From positions 1-58,515 of the forward strand of contig JABDJV010000101.1 of NCBI GenBank assembly GCA_013003295.1: a stretch of DNA of 58,515 bases, written 5' to 3'. The notes under the pieces were generated by a model that was not told the origin of the DNA, made no database searches, and was given only the letters and a program-made list of their open reading frames with translations. Shown here in pieces: positions 54,048 through 58,515 of this stretch; within the stretch, counting starts at the first letter, position 1; every line of letters begins with the position of its first letter. Source of the DNA: Pyrinomonadaceae bacterium. Lineage in GTDB: Bacteria; Acidobacteriota; Blastocatellia; Pyrinomonadales; Pyrinomonadaceae. The position numbers and the translations under genes are program-made.

Positions 54048-54445
54048 GCAGCTCATGTAATGAGCGCTCAGCATTTAGCCCACACCGCTCCGGTGTGGGA
54101 CGAATCCGATAAATCCTCCGGAGCCGTCGTAGACGGCGACACGCTGTCACCCGTTACACGGGCTCGGTACATATTTGACCACACCCCATAGCTCACGCTA
54201 AGGGCTAGATGCTATCCATCCGCGTACGCGGACTGCGGAATTATGAAACCGCGACATCCGCGCAAATCACGGCTGGGGATTCGCAGCTCATGTAATGAGC
54301 GCTTAGCATTTAGCCCACACCGCTCCGGTGTGGGAAGAATCCAATAAATCCTCCCGAGCTGTCGTAGACAGCGACAGCCTTCAGAACGTTACCCCATAGC
54401 GTGAGCTATGGGCTACATGTTTCTATCCGCGTACGCGGACTGGAG
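54048..54445. repeat. Direct repeat of a multi-hairpin unit, period 235 bp (copy 2 shortened by about 28 nt)
   Basis: Copies start at 54048 and 54283 (GCAGCTCATGTAATGAGCGCT-AGCATTTAGCCCACACCGCTCCGGTGTGGGA...). Hairpins are GCTCAT-GTA-ATGAGC, CCCACACC-GCTCC-GGTGTGGG, G(C/T)CGTC-GTA-GAC(G/A)GC, CCCATAGC...GCTATGGG and TCCGCG-TA-CGCGGA. Confidence 0.85.
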
Positions 54446-54489
54446 AATTAGGAAATCGCGTCATACAGGCCGCAACACCACTACCAACC

Positions 54490-54590
54490 AGTGTGCACAT
54501 CGTCCCCTGAGATTTCAGCAAACAAACAGCTAGCTAAATAAACTGAGATCCTCAACGACACCGGTACAAACGTATTTCTGCATGCCAGCC
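54490..54590. repeat. Divergent or partial third copy (C) of the dispersed element
   Basis: AGTGTGCACATCGTCCCCTGAGATTTCAGCA resembles the left end of copies A and B. CGTATTTCTGCATGCCAGC resembles their right end and abuts the P450 stop codon (54593-54595). The middle is not conserved. Confidence 0.4.
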
Positions 54591-54592
54591 GC

Positions 54593-55930
54593 TCATCTCT
54601 TCCTGATCTTCATTTTCATCCCGTATTTCGGACGAAGCGTCATCACCGGATTTAGAGCGATTTTCTGCTCCGGAATCAATTCCAGCTTCCATTTTTGCGC
54701 GAGTGTTGCGATCAACAAGATCCCCTCCATCCATGCGAAACTCTCACCGATACAGCTTCTGACCCCACGGCTAAAAGGAAAGTAAATAAACTTTTGGCCG
54801 GCTTCTTTTATGCTCTGCTTTTCCCAGCGCTCGGGAATGAATTCACCGGCGTCGTCCCAGAATCGCGGATCGCGCTGAGTTACGTAAGGACTTAGCAAAA
54901 CTAAAGCATCTTTTGGAATATCATAATCGCCAAATCTATGTTCCTCGATGGCAAGCCGGCCGATCGCCCAGGCGGGCGGAAACAGACGCATCGCCTCAGC
55001 AAAGACTGCCTCGGTGTATTTCAGATCTCTGACGTCTTCCATTGAAGGCGTTTTTCCGTCCACAACCCGATCCAATTCTTCTTTGAGCTTCGCCTCTTTA
55101 TCTGGGTTTTGCGAAAGCAGATACCAGGTGAAGGTCATCGCATTGGCCGTGGTCTCGTGCCCGGCAAGAAAAAGCGTCAAGGCCTCATCACGGATCTGTT
55201 TGTCGCTCATTCCCTTGCCGTCGTCTTCATCCTGTGCCAATAAGAGCATTGAGAGAAGATCGCCTTCGTCTTTACCCGATTTTCTCCGTTCATCTATTAT
55301 CTCGTAGATCACTCTATCGAGAGTCTTCTTCGATCTGTGAAAACGTATCGACTGCGGAAACGGAAGCTTTTCAAGAATCTCTGAAAAAGGCATCACCAAA
55401 TAGTCAAACATCTCGATCAGCGTCGTCATGGCATTACCGATCTCATCCGTTTCATCATCAACGTCCGCATTAAAGAGAGTTTTTCCAACAATTTGAAGCG
55501 TAAGACCCATCATTTCCTTATCGATATCGCGAACTTCTCCATCCCGCCATTCGTTGCTCATGCGTTCGGCGTATTCGGTCATCGACTTTGCGTACTCGGC
55601 GATTCTTGCGTGGTGAAAAGCAGGCTGGATCATACGCCGTTGCCTTAGATGCTTTTCGCCTTCGCTGGTCAAAAGTCCCTCGCCAAGTAAATTCTTCGCC
55701 CGCTGTAGTGCGCGGCCTTTTACGAATTTTGTATTGTTCTTGATAAGCACGTCCCGGATCAGATCGGGATGATTAAGAAAATAAGTCGGGTTTCGAAAAA
55801 GCCGAAAATATGTGATGTCGCCGAGCGAGGAAAGCTCGGTCAGGAATTCGGTCGGGCGGCGGCGAAATTTAATAAAGTGTCCGCCCAAAAGTCCGGGCCT
55901 GGTGCTTGGCGGTAGGTGCTTTTCTGCCAT
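54593..55930 (-). CDS. Cytochrome P450
   Basis: Heme-binding FSRGVRSCIGESFA (FxxGxRxCxG), I-helix LFLAGHETTA, and EAMRLFPP (ExxR region). Confidence 0.92.
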   Translation of the reverse strand: MAEKHLPPSTRPGLLGGHFIKFRRRPTEFLTELSSLGDITYFRLFRNPTYFLNHPDLIRDVLIKNNTKFVKGRALQRAKNLLGEGLLTSEGEKHLRQRRMIQPAFHHARIAEYAKSMTEYAERMSNEWRDGEVRDIDKEMMGLTLQIVGKTLFNADVDDETDEIGNAMTTLIEMFDYLVMPFSEILEKLPFPQSIRFHRSKKTLDRVIYEIIDERRKSGKDEGDLLSMLLLAQDEDDGKGMSDKQIRDEALTLFLAGHETTANAMTFTWYLLSQNPDKEAKLKEELDRVVDGKTPSMEDVRDLKYTEAVFAEAMRLFPPAWAIGRLAIEEHRFGDYDIPKDALVLLSPYVTQRDPRFWDDAGEFIPERWEKQSIKEAGQKFIYFPFSRGVRSCIGESFAWMEGILLIATLAQKWKLELIPEQKIALNPVMTLRPKYGMKMKIRKR

Positions 55931-56059
55931 AGCTTCATTTTAGACCAATATTCCGCTGCCTTGTGAAGGATATAAGAGATTTTTTTCATTCATAGCATAA
56001 CTTTTTTCGATCTGAAGAAAATAGTTGGTATGGAAGCTTAAAGCCCGGAGCGTGGATTT

Positions 56060-57454
56060 ATGAAAAAAATCACAACATTTCTTTTATTGGTAGTTTTTTG
56101 CGCATCTGTTTCCGCCCAGCAGACAGATGAAAGGAAACCCGCGAAAACCAGTGAGAAAACAAAGATTGCTCTTCTTAAGGCCAGGCAGCTGCTGCAAAAG
56201 GATCAGGGCAAGCTCTGGGGTAAGAACCTGTGGCATGAAAATGTGTTGTTTCAAGATCGCGATGACACGATTTACAGCCTAAAAAAACTAGAGGGAAGTA
56301 AAACCGACGATTCCATATTGTTTTACAAGACCTTGCCCAAAAACACTTTAAGTAAAACAAACACAGTTCAGACTTATAATGGCGAAAAATATGCCACGAT
56401 CGTGGCCGATGATTTCTATATGAATGATGAAAGCGCTACCGTCATTCACGAACTTTTTCATCGACTTCATTTCGAAGAATTAGACCAAAAAAACATTAAG
56501 CTAAAGACCGAACCGGTTTCTTATCTGGATAATTTTGACGCCAGGGAGTTGCTTCGTCTCGAATTTGAAGCGTTAAGAAATACTTTGAACCTGATGGATA
56601 AAAATGAGGATAAGTCGAAAATCGATGCGGCTCTTGCGGACGCACTCTTGTTTAGAAAAGCCAGGCAAAACAAATACAGGCAATTTCTTAAGGAGGAGAT
56701 TGAGATCGAAACTGTCGAGGGCCTTGCCTCATACACTGGTTTTGCCTTGTCCACGTATCCGAACAAATACAAGAGAGCGATTAGCAGTCTGCACGGATGG
56801 GAAACTTCTCCTACTTACACACGCCCTTTTCCATACGCGACCGGACCCGCTTACGGTTTGATATTTGACCACTTAAACCTTGATTGGAAAACGGGATTCG
56901 ACAAGATCTACAACTTCTTAGAGATATATGAATCGAAGTATCTAAAGAAGCCTCTTGCGTTAAATCATGACGCTCTGGAAGAGGCAAAATCGCGAAACAA
57001 CTACCCTGCGATTCATAAGGAAGAGTTGGCAAGAAAATTAACCTTTGAAAATCGCGTCAAATTCTACACGGAACTGCTCGTGAATAAACCGACACTTCAG
57101 GCTACGTTGGCGAGCAGCGAGTATACATTTAGTTTTGATATGAATGGGACGTTGAGCCTTGGTGAATTCGGTACCTTATATTCAGGGGCGAAAGGCACCG
57201 ATTTGAGCGACAATAATTTTGGTAACTTTGAGATCGATCCGGCGAAAGCAAAATTGGGAGTTACGGGCGTATTAAGTTCAAAATGGGGTGATAAGACAAA
57301 ATATACTTTTCCGTTACCTTCAAAAATTACTGACGGCAAGATAATTGGTGAATTTTATGAGATCGAGTTGAATGACGGCTGGGTCGTGAAAAAGAAAAAT
57401 GCAAAAGGTGATCTCGAAATTGTAAAAGAAGAAACCAAGGCATCAAAGCTTTAG
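56060..57454 (+). CDS. Secreted hypothetical protein with HExxH motif (putative zinc metallopeptidase)
   Basis: Signal peptide MKKITTFLLLVVFCASVSAQ. VIHELFHRLH contains HELFH. Family not recognised. Confidence 0.45.
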   Translation: MKKITTFLLLVVFCASVSAQQTDERKPAKTSEKTKIALLKARQLLQKDQGKLWGKNLWHENVLFQDRDDTIYSLKKLEGSKTDDSILFYKTLPKNTLSKTNTVQTYNGEKYATIVADDFYMNDESATVIHELFHRLHFEELDQKNIKLKTEPVSYLDNFDARELLRLEFEALRNTLNLMDKNEDKSKIDAALADALLFRKARQNKYRQFLKEEIEIETVEGLASYTGFALSTYPNKYKRAISSLHGWETSPTYTRPFPYATGPAYGLIFDHLNLDWKTGFDKIYNFLEIYESKYLKKPLALNHDALEEAKSRNNYPAIHKEELARKLTFENRVKFYTELLVNKPTLQATLASSEYTFSFDMNGTLSLGEFGTLYSGAKGTDLSDNNFGNFEIDPAKAKLGVTGVLSSKWGDKTKYTFPLPSKITDGKIIGEFYEIELNDGWVVKKKNAKGDLEIVKEETKASKL

Positions 57455-57464
57455 ATAATGAGAT

Positions 57465-58061
57465 TTGAGACAAGAAGTTGAAAAAAATTTGATCGATCAA
57501 AGCCGTGCGGGCGATGCGGATGCATTTAGCGAGATATATTCCCTGCTAAAGGATTCGATCTATGGGTTTGCCTACCGTATGACAAATGAGCAACCGATCG
57601 CCGAAGAGATCACCCAGGAAGTTTTTATATTTTTTATTGAAAACCCGGATAAATACGACTCAAAGCAAGGCAGGCTTTTTTCGTTTCTCTGCGGCGTTGC
57701 GAGAAACAAGGCGCTAAACCATTTAAAAAAGAGTGGAACCAGATTAGAGGCCAATTCACTCGATGAAGAAAGGATCGAATCGTTGGCAGGAGGCAATGGG
57801 AATTCGCCGGTAAACAATGTATTAGACCAGGAATTTTCTGAGAAGATCGAAGAATGCGTCGCGCAGCTTTCGCCGTTTCAAAAAGAGGTCTTGATACTAA
57901 GGGAGCTTGAAGATCTTTCGTATGAAGAGATCGCCCGGATCACCGATACCAGTGTCGGCGTAATAAAAGGACGATTGCACAGGGCAAGACAAACTCTCGC
58001 AAAAATACTTGCTCCTTATATCGAAGGCAAAGAGGTTTTATATGAAGTGCACAGAAGTTAA
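57465..58061 (+). CDS. ECF-type RNA polymerase sigma-70 factor
   Basis: Region 2 (DAFSEIYSLLKDSIYGFAYRMT...EEITQEVFIFF) and region 4 (LSYEEIARITDTSVGVIKGRLHRARQTL). TTG start per the ORF track. Confidence 0.85.
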   Translation: MRQEVEKNLIDQSRAGDADAFSEIYSLLKDSIYGFAYRMTNEQPIAEEITQEVFIFFIENPDKYDSKQGRLFSFLCGVARNKALNHLKKSGTRLEANSLDEERIESLAGGNGNSPVNNVLDQEFSEKIEECVAQLSPFQKEVLILRELEDLSYEEIARITDTSVGVIKGRLHRARQTLAKILAPYIEGKEVLYEVHRS

Positions 58062-58515
58062 AGAAAAATTAGAGAGCTTTTTTGATGGCGAGACCCGCTC
58101 ATCTGAAAACGACGGTATCAATTCGCATCTGGTAAATTGTGATACCTGCCGGGCTGACCTTGAAAGTTTGAAGCGGATTCGCAAGACGATGAAACGTGTT
58201 TTGCCGATTTCTGCGCCGGCAAGCCTGGACTCAAAAGTATTAGGTGCGTTTCATACACGCCAATTCAAGAACCAGACAACGAGTGGAATCGTTGAACAGA
58301 AAAAGACCGGATGGTTTGGAATTCCCAAATTGGCATTTGCTGGGGCATTACTTCTTCTCGTATTGTTCAGCGCCTTGGCGTTTCAGGCGGGTAGAATTTC
58401 GGCTGGAAATGTTCAGGCCTCCGCTCCGAATACTATTGAAAAAAGTGTGCAAGATGCTGCCCCGGCGGTACCGGAAATCTCTGGAAACGAAGGCGCAAAG
58501 GCTATAGAAACAAAA
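58042..58515 (+). CDS. Anti-sigma factor (zf-HC2 + single TM), 3' end truncated by window edge
   Basis: Not in the ORF track because it has no stop. ATG 58042 overlaps the sigma gene by 20 nt. MKCTEVKEKLESFFDGE...HLVNCDTCRADLESLKRI carries Hx3Cx2C. TM segment WFGIPKLAFAGALLLLVLFSALAF. The frame stays open to 58515. Confidence 0.7.
   Translation, partial: MKCTEVKEKLESFFDGETRSSENDGINSHLVNCDTCRADLESLKRIRKTMKRVLPISAPASLDSKVLGAFHTRQFKNQTTSGIVEQKKTGWFGIPKLAFAGALLLLVLFSALAFQAGRISAGNVQASAPNTIEKSVQDAAPAVPEISGNEGAKAIETK

Overview
This looks like a chromosomal segment, mostly housekeeping and metabolic. It carries about 55 protein-coding genes, one tRNA-Leu(CAA) and two probable pseudogenes. I recognise no rRNA, CRISPR array, transposase, integrase or phage genes. 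All family calls come from reading motifs in the supplied translations; no database search was run. High-confidence genes are eno, pyk, queA, thiE and a PilT-type ATPase. Others include a 1314-aa TonB-dependent receptor, an M20 peptidase, a subclass-B3-like metallo-beta-lactamase, DAACS and SLC13 transporters, GH15 and GH16 hydrolases, a P450, an HD-GYP response regulator, an SRAP peptidase and an ECF sigma/anti-sigma pair. The very large secreted TonB-dependent receptor and the overall gene mix suggest an Acidobacteria-like organism, but that is inference only. The most unusual property is non-coding. Most longer intergenic spacers are filled with structured repeats, about 3.2 kb when the intervals listed below are summed. 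The repeat classes are: (i) hairpins whose arms are tandem degenerate 9-mers (GAGTTNNCT family, 4 loci, one with 8 perfect copies); (ii) analogous 7-mer arrays (TATTCAC family); (iii) clusters of short GC-rich hairpins, often headed by GTAG or CTAG (REP/BIME-like); (iv) a 3.3-copy tandem array of about 100 bp that exactly fills the gap between two co-oriented genes; (v) a nested palindrome of about 390 bp upstream of pilT; (vi) a composite of about 720 bp downstream of a P450 gene. I found no convincing multi-gene novel defence or biosynthetic system. The best protein-level leads are an orphan AlbA_2/Schlafen-like gene, a radical SAM (SPASM/twitch-like) + unknown + zinc-ribbon methyltransferase trio, a DUF1801-like frame interrupted only by four in-frame TAA codons, and a RidA gene split by a +1 shift in a T7 run.
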